Notes: generated from the sequence alone by a model not told the origin. A stretch of 59,111 nt of DNA from Alphaproteobacteria bacterium (GCA_011524735.1 WTJS01000127.1:4652-63762); one strand, 5' to 3'; numbered from the stretch's first letter, positions 46,240 to 58,424 are shown. Numbers and translations are program-made.

Positions 46240-47172
46240 TCAACCAAGCTTGCCTTCAAGCTCTGGCACAGCGTCGAACAGGTCGGCAACAAGACCAAAA
46301 TCAGCTACCTGGAAGATTGGCGCTTCTTCGTCTTTGTTGATTGCCACGATGACCTTGCTGTCTTTCATACCAGCAAGATGCTGGATGGCACCGGAAATGC
46401 CAACGGCAACATAGAGGTCAGGTGCTACGACCTTACCGGTCTGACCAACCTGGTAATCATTTGGCACAAAGCCAGCATCGACTGCGGCGCGCGAGGCACC
46501 AACGGCGGCGCCAAGCTTGTCAGCAACCTTTTCCAGCATTGCGAAGTTCGAGCCGTCCTGCATACCGCGACCACCGGAAATGACAATCGGGGCGGATGTC
46601 AGCTCAGGGCGCTCGGAGCTGGACAGCTCAGATTTGACATAGCTCGACAGGCCAGCATCATCAGAAGCCGAAACAGGTTCGATAGAGGCACTGCCCCCTT
46701 CGGCAGCGGCAGCTTCAAAGGCAGTGCTGCGCACTGTCACAACCTTGGTAGCCTCATTCGATGTCACGGTAGCAATCGCGTTACCGGCATAGATCGGGCG
46801 CTGGAAGGTGTCTGCGCTTTCAACCTTGATGATGTCCGACACCTGCATAACGTCAAGCAGGGCTGCCACGCGTGGCATGACATTCTTGCCGGTGGTGGTG
46901 GCCGGTGCCATCAGGTGCGAGTAATCGCCAGCCATCGACTGGATGAGCGGCGCCACATTTTCAGCAAGAGCATGCTCATAGCTGCCATTGTCAGCTGTGA
47001 GTACTTTTGAGACGCCTGCAATGGCGGCAGCGGCCTTAGCCACTTCGCCACTAGAGTCGCCAGCTACAAGGATGTGAATGTCTCCACCAATTTCGGTGGC
47101 GGCAGTTACGGTGTTCAGCGTGGCGGCTGCCAGCTGGCCGTTATCATGGTCGGCAAGGATCAGGATGCTCAT
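46240..47172 (-). CDS. etfA: Electron transfer flavoprotein alpha subunit
   Basis: [42 protein letters not shown]. Confidence 0.98.
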   Translation of the reverse strand: MSILILADHDNGQLAAATLNTVTAATEIGGDIHILVAGDSSGEVAKAAAAIAGVSKVLTADNGSYEHALAENVAPLIQSMAGDYSHLMAPATTTGKNVMPRVAALLDVMQVSDIIKVESADTFQRPIYAGNAIATVTSNEATKVVTVRSTAFEAAAAEGGSASIEPVSASDDAGLSSYVKSELSSSERPELTSAPIVISGGRGMQDGSNFAMLEKVADKLGAAVGASRAAVDAGFVPNDYQVGQTGKVVAPDLYVAVGISGAIQHLAGMKDSKVIVAINKDEEAPIFQVADFGLVADLFDAVPELEGKLG

Positions 47173-47174
47173 GG

Positions 47175-47924
47175 CTATATCACCTTTGCTTCATTTTTCA
47201 GTTTGTCCACAAGGTCAGCTACATCAGATACCTTAATTCCAGCTTCACGGGCAGGCGGCTCTTCGACGCGGCTGATGCTCAGGCGTGGTGTGATGTCAAC
47301 GCCAAGATCGTCTGCGCTCATGGTATCCAGCGGCTTCTTTTTTGCCTTCATGATGTTTGGCAGTGATGCGTAGCGTGGCTCATTGAGACGGAGGTCAACG
47401 GTGACAACGGCTGGCATGCTGATTTCCAGATGCTCAAGACCACCGTCAACTTCACGGATCACAGCGGCCTTGTCGCCCTTGATTTCGATGCCGGATACAA
47501 ATGTACCCTGTGCCCAGCCCAGAAGCGCAGCCAGCATCTGACCAGTCTGGTTACAGTCATCGTCAATTGCCTGCTTGCCAACAAAGACAAGGCCTGGCTC
47601 TTCGCGGGCAATAACCTCTTTCAGCAATTTGGCAACAGCCAGGGGCTCAATCTCGTGTGGAGCTTCGATATGGATGCCGCGGTCGGCGCCCATGGCAAGG
47701 GCTGTGCGAATTGTTTCCTGATTTTGGCTTGGCCCTATGGATACGGCCACAACTTCGTCCGCACCACCGGCTTCCTTCAGGCGAAGGGCCTCTTCAACGG
47801 CAATTTCGTCGAACGGGTTCATCGCCATCTTGACGTTGGCAAGTTCAACACCGGAATTATCGGCCTTCACACGTACCTTGACGTTATAGTCGATGACGCG
47901 TTTGACCGGGACTAGCACCTTCAT
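47175..47924 (-). CDS. etfB: Electron transfer flavoprotein beta subunit
   Basis: [49 protein letters not shown]. Confidence 0.98.
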   Translation of the reverse strand: MKVLVPVKRVIDYNVKVRVKADNSGVELANVKMAMNPFDEIAVEEALRLKEAGGADEVVAVSIGPSQNQETIRTALAMGADRGIHIEAPHEIEPLAVAKLLKEVIAREEPGLVFVGKQAIDDDCNQTGQMLAALLGWAQGTFVSGIEIKGDKAAVIREVDGGLEHLEISMPAVVTVDLRLNEPRYASLPNIMKAKKKPLDTMSADDLGVDITPRLSISRVEEPPAREAGIKVSDVADLVDKLKNEAKVI

Positions 47925-47995
47925 ATCATGCTCCTCCAGGATAAGGTGAATTCACTGGCTATGAGGGATACTCCCCTCAAGCACCGAAAACTTGT

Positions 47996-48559
47996 TTAAT
48001 TCTGGCCAGAATTTTGTCCGGGACGCCACAGAATGTCGGTTTTTCCCCCATCATTCAACGTGCGCGCCAAAACAAAGAGATGATCTGACAGGCGATTTAT
48101 ATATTTCATCGCCGCTTCATTGACTACTTCTTCACTGGCAAGCTCTGTCATCCGGCGTTCGGCACGGCGTGCAACGGTTCGGGCGAGGTGCAGCCATGCG
48201 GCAGCTGGTGACCCGCCAGGCAGGATAAAGCTGTCGAGCGGCTTCAGGGCTTCGTTCATGGCATCGATTTCAGCCTCAAGCCTTGTTACTTGATCTGCGG
48301 TGATGCGAAGGGCCGGCGAATCGCTTTCTGGTGTTGCCAGATCGGCTCCAAGATCGAACAGGTCATTTTGAATGCGGCCCAGCATCTCGTCAGCTTCACC
48401 CGTGGTGTGCTGGCGGGCGAGGCCAATGACAGAATTGGTCTCATCAACCTCGCCAAAGGCCGCTGGCCGTCGCGAATATTTCGCCACGCGACGACCATTT
48501 ACGAGGCTGGTTTCTCCGCCGTCGCCGGTGCGCGTGTAAATCTTGTTGAGTTTTACCAT
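47996..48559 (-). CDS. Cob(I)alamin adenosyltransferase, PduO type
   Basis: KIYTRTGD.G.T, DE.NS, FILPGG, ARTVARRAER, NRLSDHLF. Confidence 0.93.
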   Translation of the reverse strand: MVKLNKIYTRTGDGGETSLVNGRRVAKYSRRPAAFGEVDETNSVIGLARQHTTGEADEMLGRIQNDLFDLGADLATPESDSPALRITADQVTRLEAEIDAMNEALKPLDSFILPGGSPAAAWLHLARTVARRAERRMTELASEEVVNEAAMKYINRLSDHLFVLARTLNDGGKTDILWRPGQNSGQN

Positions 48560-48647
48560 CTTTGGAACTTCTCTGTCGGCTGGTTTTGATGGAGTGCGCG
48601 GCTTGAGGGCGCGTCAGTAAGCGTGATGTGATGACTGAGGGATATGT

Positions 48648-48863
48648 CTATCCGCCATTACGCCGCCACCACATCAGACCAAGGATCACAAGAAGGGCAA
48701 GAGCCTGGAAAACGATTCGATACCGCATGATGCGGTTAGAATTCTTCACATTATACTCGCCACCGCGCGCCATTGTCAGGACACCCCATCCCAGGATGCC
48801 AGCCACAATCGCAAGCGATGCTGCCAAAATTATCTGATCGAATTCCATGACCTTGACCGCCAT
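48648..48863 (-). CDS. Twin-transmembrane-helix small protein (HIG1-like); alternative start 48848
   Basis: Two TM helices flanking M.RGG...SN..MRYR..FQ; usual position upstream of pduO-etfBA. Confidence 0.8.
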   Translation of the reverse strand: MAVKVMEFDQIILAASLAIVAGILGWGVLTMARGGEYNVKNSNRIMRYRIVFQALALLVILGLMWWRRNGG

Positions 48864-48958
48864 TCTGCTCGAGACACGGCCAGCATGGCCAGGGACGCCT
48901 CATTTCAGTCTCCTAGACATAGGCCCGGCCCATGTCGTTTGCCAGCGGCAAGTCGAAA

Positions 48959-49858
48959 TTAGATCTCCATCGGCCCGGCGTCAAACCGTCGCGCAGCCGC
49001 CACCAATGTGTTGCGCAGAAGGCAGGCAATGGTCATCGGTCCAACGCCGCCAGGAACAGGTGTGATCGCTCCGGCTTTGGCGACTGCGCTGGTATAGTCG
49101 ACATCGCCCGTCAGCCGAAATTTTCCTTCACCCCGTTCAGGGGCTGGCACGCGGTTGATGCCCACATCAATTACCGTGGCGCCTGGCTTGATGAAATCGC
49201 CGGTGATCATTTCTGGGCGTCCGACAGCGGCAACCACAATATCTGCCGCCGCGCAGACGTCTTGCAGGTCGCGCGTTCGAGAATGCGCAATGGTGACTGT
49301 GCAGCTTTCCTGAAGCAGCAGCTGCGCCATCGGCTTGCCGACGATGTTGGAACGGCCAATGACCACGGCATTCAGCCCAGACAGAGACCCAAGATGATCA
49401 CGGAGCAGGAGAAGGCAGCCATAGGGCGTGCAGGGCACAAGGGCGTCTTGACCAGTTGCAAGTCGGCCTGCGTTGACAACATGAAAGCCGTCTACGTCTT
49501 TATCTGGCGTTATGGCATTGATTACAGCTGCTTCGTCGATTTGGTCGGGCAAAGGCAACTGCACAAGGATACCGTCGACTGCATCGTCATTGTTCAGATC
49601 GTCGATCAATGCCAGAAGCGAATCCTGACTGGTGTCAGCCTCCAACCGGTGTTCAATCGAGGTCATGCCAGCAGCGGTGGTGCGTTCAATCTTGTTGCGA
49701 ACATACACACCGCTGGCAGGATCATTGCCGACGAGCACAACAGCTAGCGCTGGTGGGCGGCCGATTTTGGCAGACAGCGCGCTCGCCTTTTCAGCGATTC
49801 GCGTCACCAGTGCTTCGGAAAAGGCTTTACCATCAATAATAGTTGCGTCCGTCATCAT
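48959..49858 (-). CDS. folD: Bifunctional methylene-THF dehydrogenase/cyclohydrolase
   Basis: [47 protein letters not shown]. Confidence 0.98.
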   Translation of the reverse strand: MMTDATIIDGKAFSEALVTRIAEKASALSAKIGRPPALAVVLVGNDPASGVYVRNKIERTTAAGMTSIEHRLEADTSQDSLLALIDDLNNDDAVDGILVQLPLPDQIDEAAVINAITPDKDVDGFHVVNAGRLATGQDALVPCTPYGCLLLLRDHLGSLSGLNAVVIGRSNIVGKPMAQLLLQESCTVTIAHSRTRDLQDVCAAADIVVAAVGRPEMITGDFIKPGATVIDVGINRVPAPERGEGKFRLTGDVDYTSAVAKAGAITPVPGGVGPMTIACLLRNTLVAAARRFDAGPMEI

Positions 49859-49918
49859 TCGTCCCCCACACGCTGAAAAATGACATGTCGCAGTGCGACA
49901 GTGTTTGACGGGCTCTAA

Positions 49919-50206
49919 TTAGCTGGCATTCACCAGTAGGCCAATCAGAAAATTGCGTAGAAACTGTGCTGCGAGGAAAAGAACGATCGGGCTGAGATCA
50001 ATGCCGCCTAAATCGGGCATGTAGCGGCGAACTTGACCAAGGATTGGTTCATGCAGGCGACCAAGAACAGTGGTGAGCGTGCGCACAAAAGGCTGCCAGG
50101 GATTTACGATACGGAATGCTACCAGCCAGCCAATCAGGATATAGGCCAGAAGAGTCCAGATATACAGGTTCACGACCTGATCAATCAGCAAGATGAGGGC
50201 TGTCAT
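49919..50206 (-). CDS. YggT family membrane protein
   Basis: Y.W......WL..F..VN, EP.L..VRR..P.LGGIDLSP. Confidence 0.9.
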   Translation of the reverse strand: MTALILLIDQVVNLYIWTLLAYILIGWLVAFRIVNPWQPFVRTLTTVLGRLHEPILGQVRRYMPDLGGIDLSPIVLFLAAQFLRNFLIGLLVNAS

Positions 50207-50388
50207 TGCGTGGCGTCCACCTACATGAAATCTGGCCTGACTATACAAAGCATGGATACAATTTCAATGCTGCAAAAGGGCTTGGTTGGCAGCAATGATT
50301 CGGTGTTTCGCTTCAGTTCGGCTGAGGTCTTCGAAGCAGCGCATGTCCCCAACTTGCATCTAAGACCGCCAGCCGTTAAATCACGGAC

Positions 50389-51063
50389 ATGACAGACCAT
50401 CAGCACGATACCTCTGACCAGGACCCTTCAGCTCCCGCTTCCGCATTAGCACCGTCTCGCCGGCGCGGACCAATGCTGATGGCGGCGGCTTTCCTCGGAT
50501 TTGTGCTGCTAGCCGCGGCGGTGTTTGTGCTGTCCGAACGGCAGGCCGCCAAAATGAATGTCGGATTTCCGGCGTTTGCTGACTCACCCTTCACCCTGAG
50601 AGATCAGAGCGGCGCAGAGCGCACGAACACTGATTTTGCCGGTGCGCCCATTGCACTTTTCTTTGGCTACACATACTGCCCTGATGTCTGCCCAATGACA
50701 TTGAGCATGCTTGCGAACAATTTGGATGATGTGTCGGAGCGCGGGATCGACACATCAGCATTGCAGATCCTGTTTGTCACTGTTGATGATGAGCGGGACA
50801 CGCCAGATCAGCTTGCTGCCTATCTGTCGTTATTTGATGTTCCTGTTACAGGCCTCACGGGTGATGCTGCTGCCCTGAAGGCGGCGCGGGGCGCGTTTGG
50901 GGCCTATGCCAAGCGGGTAGAGGGTGAAGATGGGCTTGTGCTGTGGGACCACTCCTCAGCCGTCTTCCTTTATGAAGCCAATGGAAAGTTTACTGGCACA
51001 TTGACCTTTGATGAGCCGGTGGAATTCTCCATAGAAAAACTGGCGAGGCTGCTGACGAGATAA
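50389..51063 (+). CDS. SCO/SenC family copper chaperone
   Basis: TM anchor, FFGYTYCPDVCP (CxxxCP), TVD.ERDT, DHS copper His. Confidence 0.93.
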   Translation: MTDHQHDTSDQDPSAPASALAPSRRRGPMLMAAAFLGFVLLAAAVFVLSERQAAKMNVGFPAFADSPFTLRDQSGAERTNTDFAGAPIALFFGYTYCPDVCPMTLSMLANNLDDVSERGIDTSALQILFVTVDDERDTPDQLAAYLSLFDVPVTGLTGDAAALKAARGAFGAYAKRVEGEDGLVLWDHSSAVFLYEANGKFTGTLTFDEPVEFSIEKLARLLTR

Positions 51064-51174
51064 TCCTACCTTTCGGGATGCCCCCGGACATTTTGTTTCA
51101 GGATTAACCTGACGCATTATGCTTTCAGGTCAGCAAGCAAAGACGAGGTGTCGCGGCGTGGAGCCAGACACAAA

Positions 51175-52638
51175 ATGACGCGAGGGGTGATCCGCACCCT
51201 GATCACGATTATCTGGTTTTCAGCCGGAGTGTTTTCCCCCGGTCTCTTTCCCTTCACACAAAATCTACACCTTCAAAAATTTTCCCATGCTGCGTTTGCA
51301 GATGCAGCGTCTCTAACCGCGTCAGAACTCAGGCCGAACAAGGCTGATCATCTCAAGGGTGATCAGCCGGTACAGGGGCAGCTTCGTGATGATACAGCAT
51401 CGTCACCGAATGGAATGCTGGTCCGCATACAGATCTCGAACCTGTCACCGCCCTGGTATCTGGTGTCACTTGGCAGGCTTGTTGACGCTGGAAGAGAGGA
51501 TGAGGCGTATCAGCTTGTCTTAACAGGCATTGCGCTGCATCCCGAATCCGCCGAATTGCGCGTCGCTGCAGCGTATGTTGCAGCGCTGCTCGGACGATGC
51601 TCGCTTGCTGAGCATCATCTTGCTGCGGTGAAGGAGCTGCCAACTTGGTCTTATCTATATGGAGAATACCAACAAATCAGGGTTCAGTGTTTTGGGCCAT
51701 GGCAGCGGCAATATTCCATTTCTGCATTGATGGGATATAGGCAATCTCTCGTGGGCCGGGCCGCAGTGACCAGACTGACTCCTGAAGCAGGATCGCTGCT
51801 GTATCAGGTCTGCGCAAGCCTCTGGGGATTATGCAACCCGAACAGGGGGTTTAAGCTATCACCGCCCAAGGATAATGGCGTTGATCTGTGGGTGATGGCG
51901 CAGATTGAGAATCGGTATCGTCCCCTGTCTCCCTGGCAACATACCTTCACCACCACTGTCTTCCGGCGCCATCCAAGCCGCCCTGGATTTGATGGCCGGG
52001 GCGTAACCTTGCGGGCTGAGTCTGTCCGCACCTTACCGCACCGGCATCAGATTGCTGCTTACGCTGAAATTGGACATTCGGTTTTTCATCAGGGCCGAGC
52101 CGACCTCAATCTGTCCCAGCTGCATTGGTTTGCTGGGGGCAGAATGTACCACCATCATGGTGATCTTGTCGGCTCGCTGGCCTATCTGTCAGAGCTTCAC
52201 GCCAAGTCCTTCTTCCTTGATCTGCGTGAGCGCACGGCAGGCTATCAGCTTGTCCTGGCACCAGAAGCCAATCAGTCGGCCTGGCTTAACGGATCCTTGA
52301 TTTGGATGCGCCAGGTTGGGCGCAGCTATCATCCTGGCTATCGTGGGCGAAGGATTGGCGCAGGGGTCCAACAAAAATATGGTTCGATTCTGCTTCAGGC
52401 CCAACATCAAGTTGAAACACAGAAATTCCAACAGAGCCTGACGTTCCTAGCGGCGCCACACCACGCAACCACCCATCGGACGAGCCTGTCTCTTGCCATC
52501 ACACCCGATGAAATAAAGAACCTCAAAGTTGTACTATCCTTAGGGTATCGCAAAATTTCGACCCCCGATCCCTTTCGTCCGGCACGGACAAAAAACGCAA
52601 CGTTATCAATTAAATACACATTTGGTAACAGCTTATGA
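51175..52638 (+). CDS. Putative outer-membrane protein: TPR-like N-domain plus C-terminal beta-barrel (SLAM/DUF560-like)
   Basis: Hydrophobic N-terminus, helical repeat (G..DEAYQL....ALHPESAELRVAAAYVAALLG.C..A..HL), GPW at barrel start, alternating amphipathic strands ending LSIKYTF; family call by pattern only; alternative GTG start 51148. Confidence 0.55.
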   Translation: MTRGVIRTLITIIWFSAGVFSPGLFPFTQNLHLQKFSHAAFADAASLTASELRPNKADHLKGDQPVQGQLRDDTASSPNGMLVRIQISNLSPPWYLVSLGRLVDAGREDEAYQLVLTGIALHPESAELRVAAAYVAALLGRCSLAEHHLAAVKELPTWSYLYGEYQQIRVQCFGPWQRQYSISALMGYRQSLVGRAAVTRLTPEAGSLLYQVCASLWGLCNPNRGFKLSPPKDNGVDLWVMAQIENRYRPLSPWQHTFTTTVFRRHPSRPGFDGRGVTLRAESVRTLPHRHQIAAYAEIGHSVFHQGRADLNLSQLHWFAGGRMYHHHGDLVGSLAYLSELHAKSFFLDLRERTAGYQLVLAPEANQSAWLNGSLIWMRQVGRSYHPGYRGRRIGAGVQQKYGSILLQAQHQVETQKFQQSLTFLAAPHHATTHRTSLSLAITPDEIKNLKVVLSLGYRKISTPDPFRPARTKNATLSIKYTFGNSL

Positions 52639-52741
52639 TTTGAAACAGAAATACACTTAAGCGTTGATTTGTTTACGAAAAACCGGCTGCAGCCCCTGTC
52701 CTTCCGGCCTATCTTTGAGCGCTTAATCACTCATTCGAAAG

Positions 52742-53365
52742 ATGGAGGCTGGAATGAATGTTCTGGTGGCCTACGAAAACAGCCTGAGCCGGGAATTTGC
52801 CTGTCATCATCTCGCGAATTCTGACCCTGGGCTGTCTATTGTCACCGCCGCAAGCCTTGAGCAGAGCATTTCTGTCGCGAATGGCTGCGACCAGCTTGAT
52901 GTTGTTGCGCTGGATCTGGAGATGCCAGACATGGAAGGTCTGAACGGGTTGCGTCGGTTCAGCCGACAGTGTTGCCACAGTCCCGTTTTGGCGCTGATGG
53001 GGCCGGATCATCAGGCGGTGACGGTGCGGGAGTTGATTGCCGCTGGTGGGGCTGGATTTTTACCTTACCATCTCAGTGCCGCGGCGCTTCTTGGCGCGGT
53101 CAGGCTGCTGCAGGCTGGTGAGCGCTTCATTCCTGCGGAGATGGTAGTGGGGCGCAGCGGTTCAACCGGGCTGATTGTGCTGACAAATCGAGAACGTGAG
53201 GTTCTCCACGGCATCAGGGCAGGTCAAAGTAATAAAGAGATTGCAAGTGACCTGTCACTCAGTGAGGTGACCGTTAAGCATCACATCAAAAGTCTGCGAG
53301 GAAAGCTTGGTGCTCGCAATCGTGCCCATGCGGTCTGCTTGGCTGATGAATTACAGCTAAGCTAG
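52742..53365 (+). CDS. NarL/FixJ-family response regulator with atypical receiver domain and LuxR HTH
   Basis: LDLEMPD.EG receiver core; LT.REREVL..I..G.SNKEIA..L.LSEVTVK.H......KLG.RNR HTH. Confidence 0.9.
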   Translation: MEAGMNVLVAYENSLSREFACHHLANSDPGLSIVTAASLEQSISVANGCDQLDVVALDLEMPDMEGLNGLRRFSRQCCHSPVLALMGPDHQAVTVRELIAAGGAGFLPYHLSAAALLGAVRLLQAGERFIPAEMVVGRSGSTGLIVLTNREREVLHGIRAGQSNKEIASDLSLSEVTVKHHIKSLRGKLGARNRAHAVCLADELQLS

Positions 53366-53407
53366 GAAGGATAGGGTGAGGCGCTGGGGTCTGTGAGCAG
53401 CAAAGAA

Positions 53408-53439
53408 ACACCGGCCAACCCGCAAGGATTGGCCGGCGT
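53408..53439 (-). terminator. Probable terminator hairpin after acs (between convergent genes)
   Basis: CCGGCCAACCC-gcaa-GGATTGGCCGG hairpin followed on the minus strand by GTTTCTTT. Confidence 0.6.
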
Positions 53440-53463
53440 CATAAATCTCAGGGTGAACCTCGG

Positions 53464-55404
<1,941 letters not shown>

Positions 55405-55511
55405 AGTCATTCCTCCACCCTGCGATATCGCCTTTCGCGCCGGGGGCACGCGTTCCAGCAGTCGTTAATGTCGGCGGCAATATAAACCGGACGCATTGTT
55501 GGCGGCAAGGC

Positions 55512-56153
55512 TCACGACAGGTCGCGAAGCTGATAGACCAGTTCCTCAGCTGCTTCGCGGTCAGCAAGCTCCATAACCTGACGCGCAATCCCCAGGGCAA
55601 ATCCGGCTCGCGCCAGCGATGCAAGATGCCGTTGGCGTTTCGCATCATCCATCTCACCCCTGTGAAATGGCCCAAGGCGTCGACGTTCAGCATGCCGGAG
55701 TGCCGCGCCAAGCTCTCCATCATGCAGATCTTCATCTGCGCGCCCAAGCGCCTCTGCGACAAGCTCCTCATCAATGGCATGCTGCTGTAAGCCGCGTCTG
55801 ATCGCGAGTGCTGACTTGCCACTACGGCGCTTGCTTCGTGCCTGGGACATGGCAAAGGCGGTGTCGTCTACATAACCAAGGCGAACACAGTCAGCCACGA
55901 CGATCGAAATAGCGTCCTGAATGTCAGATGGTTCGAAATGCCCCAGCTTGCGCAGCGCGAACCGGCCTAGAACCTCACGCAGCCGTTGCTGTGACGCTGA
56001 ATACCGACCTAAATAATGCACAGCCTTATTCATCAGCCGTCGCTGCACGGCTGGCCGTTCAAGCGAGGACGCGTCAAATGGCTGATCAGCTGTTTCGAGA
56101 TCAGCCCTGAAAGCTTCACTGTTCGGATCATCTGCTGAGGGCTGTTGGGTCAT
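55512..56153 (-). CDS. recX: RecX family regulatory protein
   Basis: A..YL.RY.AS...LR.VL.R, G.VDD.AFA, G.S...I...L, A.RRRLGPF, LARAGF; start uncertain. Confidence 0.85.
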   Translation of the reverse strand: MTQQPSADDPNSEAFRADLETADQPFDASSLERPAVQRRLMNKAVHYLGRYSASQQRLREVLGRFALRKLGHFEPSDIQDAISIVVADCVRLGYVDDTAFAMSQARSKRRSGKSALAIRRGLQQHAIDEELVAEALGRADEDLHDGELGAALRHAERRRLGPFHRGEMDDAKRQRHLASLARAGFALGIARQVMELADREAAEELVYQLRDLS

Positions 56154-56324
56154 GCAGGGTCTCTGATTAACCTCGGTCACTGCTTGTCAAAGGCTATTGT
56201 GCAAGCTTCCGAATAGTTCATCGTAGCAGGGACAGCTCCTTACCGCCAAGCATGGTTGCTGACCGTGCTGTTTGCCGTCGCTGACGATATTGCGGATTGT
56301 GATGATGCACCCTATTTTCATCGC

Positions 56325-57191
56325 ATGACTGATCAGACCCGCACTGTTGTCGATGGCACTGCCACACCTGCAACGCCCACTTCCATCTCGCCAACTTCCA
56401 GCCCCCGGCCAGTTCAGATTGGAACGGTGAACTGGGTTGGTCTTTGGACCCTCTATGTCCGTGAGGTACACCGCTTTGCCAAGGTCGGGATGCAGACAGT
56501 TATTGCACCGGTGATCACATCCATGCTGTTCCTCATGGTGTTTGCCGTCGCCGTTGGTGATCGTGCCCAGCTTGCCGGCGATGTGGATTTTGTGTCCTTT
56601 CTGGTGCCTGGTCTGGTGATGATGTCGGTGCTTCAGAATGCGTTTGCGAACTCATCCTCATCACTCGTGGTGTCGAAGGTTCAAGGCAATATTGTCGATT
56701 TGCTGATGCCCCCGCTTGGATCGGGTGAACTTCTTCTGGGTCTGGCGGCAGGTGCGATGACCCGTGGCATTGCTGTAGGGCTTGTTGCGGCCGTTGTTCT
56801 AGGCGTTTTCGCGGGCATCGGCATGCCCGCCGCGCCACTAACAGCCATTGCCTTTCTGGCGCTTGGCTCTCTTGCAATGGCCTTTGCCGGCATTCTTGCC
56901 GGTGTCTGGGCCAACAAATTCGACGAAATGGCAGCTATCACAAATTTCATCATTCAGCCGTTGGCATTTCTGTCAGGCACATTCTATTCGGTCGAAAGAT
57001 TGCCAGCGCCATTCGATGTCATTGCCACGCTCAACCCGGTATTCTATGCCATCGACGGTTTCCGGTATGGTCTGATCGGGCTTGGTGATCGTCCGGTGAT
57101 GACGGGTCTTGTGGCATTGATGCTTGTGAATGTTCTTCTCGGCTGGCTGTGCTATCGTGTGCTGGCATCAGGATATCGGCTGAAAAGCTGA
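56325..57191 (+). CDS. ABC-2 type transporter permease (YadH-like)
   Basis: NW.GL.TLY.REV.RF.KV..QT..AP, FL.PGL.MM, FLSGTFYS, NP.FY.IDGFRYG, GYRLK. Confidence 0.9.
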   Translation: MTDQTRTVVDGTATPATPTSISPTSSPRPVQIGTVNWVGLWTLYVREVHRFAKVGMQTVIAPVITSMLFLMVFAVAVGDRAQLAGDVDFVSFLVPGLVMMSVLQNAFANSSSSLVVSKVQGNIVDLLMPPLGSGELLLGLAAGAMTRGIAVGLVAAVVLGVFAGIGMPAAPLTAIAFLALGSLAMAFAGILAGVWANKFDEMAAITNFIIQPLAFLSGTFYSVERLPAPFDVIATLNPVFYAIDGFRYGLIGLGDRPVMTGLVALMLVNVLLGWLCYRVLASGYRLKS

Positions 57192-57204
57192 GGGGACGAA
57201 TAAC

Positions 57205-58326
57205 ATGACAAATCCGAACCTGGCATCGGCCGACGGCATTCTGCCCGTTCAGCAGCTACATCAGGCGATTGAGCGTGGTGAGATCAGCGCTACCAGTGAA
57301 TTCACTGAACGGCAGATGCAACCTGCCAGCATCGATCTGCGCCTCGGGGTGCGGGGCTGGCGCGTGCAGTCTTCATTCTTGCCTGGCAGCAGTGAACCGG
57401 TGGCCGACAAGCTGGCACGGCTGGCGATGCATGAAATTGACCTTACTGGCGGCGCCGTGCTGGAACGTGGTTGTGTCTATATCGTTGAGCTGCAGGAAAG
57501 GCTGGCACTGCCAGCGAGTATCTCGGCAATGGCGAATCCAAAAAGCTCCACGGGGCGGCTTGATATCTTCACACGTCTGATCACAGACCATGCATCAGAA
57601 TTTGAAATGGTTGCAGCCGGTTATGAGGGCCCGCTCTATGCTGAGATTTCGCCGCGTACCTTCTCGGTACTTGTGCGGCCTGGGTCTTCTTTGTCCCAAC
57701 TTCGTTTGCGCCGCGGTCCCGTACAGATGTCGGATGCCGCGATGCAGGAGTTGCAGCGCAACGTCGGTCTGGTGAGGGGCGCTGAAACGCCGGATATTCG
57801 TGATGGTGTGGCACTCGGCGTCAATCTGACCCCGGCAGCGGGAAGCGACATTATTGGCTGGCGGGCACGCAAACATGCTGGGCTTGTGGATATCGACGCG
57901 CCAAACAGTTGTGAAGTGAACGCATTTTGGGAACGGTTGACGGTTTCTGATCTTGTTGCTGGTGGTCTGGTTCTTCACCCGGATGAATTCTACATCCTGG
58001 CAAGTCGCGAATATGTCACAGTGCCGCGTGACCATGCTGCAGAAATGCGTGCCTATGATACCCGTGTTGGCGAGTTTCGAGCCCATTATGCTGGGTTCTT
58101 TGATCCGGGATTTGGCATGGAAGAATTGGGCGCAGGGTCGACTCGTGCGGTTCTGGAAGTGCGCTCGCACGACGTCCCCTTCCTGATTGAAGAAGGCCAG
58201 ACCGTCTGCCGCCTTGTCTATGAACCGATGGCCGGTGTGCCGGAGTCACTCTATGGCGCTGCCGGGTCAAGCTCGAACTATCAGTCGCAGGGGCTGCGTC
58301 TGGCGAAGCATTTCATCCAGGACTGA
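57205..58326 (+). CDS. dcd: dCTP deaminase (long alphaproteobacterial type)
   Basis: QPASIDLRLG, ANPKSSTGRLDIFTR, HYAGFFDPGFG, VLEVRSH, SNYQ.QGL.LAKHF. Confidence 0.93.
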   Translation: MTNPNLASADGILPVQQLHQAIERGEISATSEFTERQMQPASIDLRLGVRGWRVQSSFLPGSSEPVADKLARLAMHEIDLTGGAVLERGCVYIVELQERLALPASISAMANPKSSTGRLDIFTRLITDHASEFEMVAAGYEGPLYAEISPRTFSVLVRPGSSLSQLRLRRGPVQMSDAAMQELQRNVGLVRGAETPDIRDGVALGVNLTPAAGSDIIGWRARKHAGLVDIDAPNSCEVNAFWERLTVSDLVAGGLVLHPDEFYILASREYVTVPRDHAAEMRAYDTRVGEFRAHYAGFFDPGFGMEELGAGSTRAVLEVRSHDVPFLIEEGQTVCRLVYEPMAGVPESLYGAAGSSSNYQSQGLRLAKHFIQD

Positions 58327-58395
58327 TACGGTGCGGGGCCACAGCGGTCGGCCAGCTGGCAGAGGCCGCCCGATATCCCATCCCGACATCGCATA

Positions 58396-58424
58396 TTGAC
58401 AAGACCTGCCAAAATGCCGAATTT
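58396..58424 (+). promoter_or_regulatory. Candidate promoter of argD
   Basis: Perfect TTGACA at 58396-58401; weak -10 after a 17-nt spacer. Confidence 0.35.
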
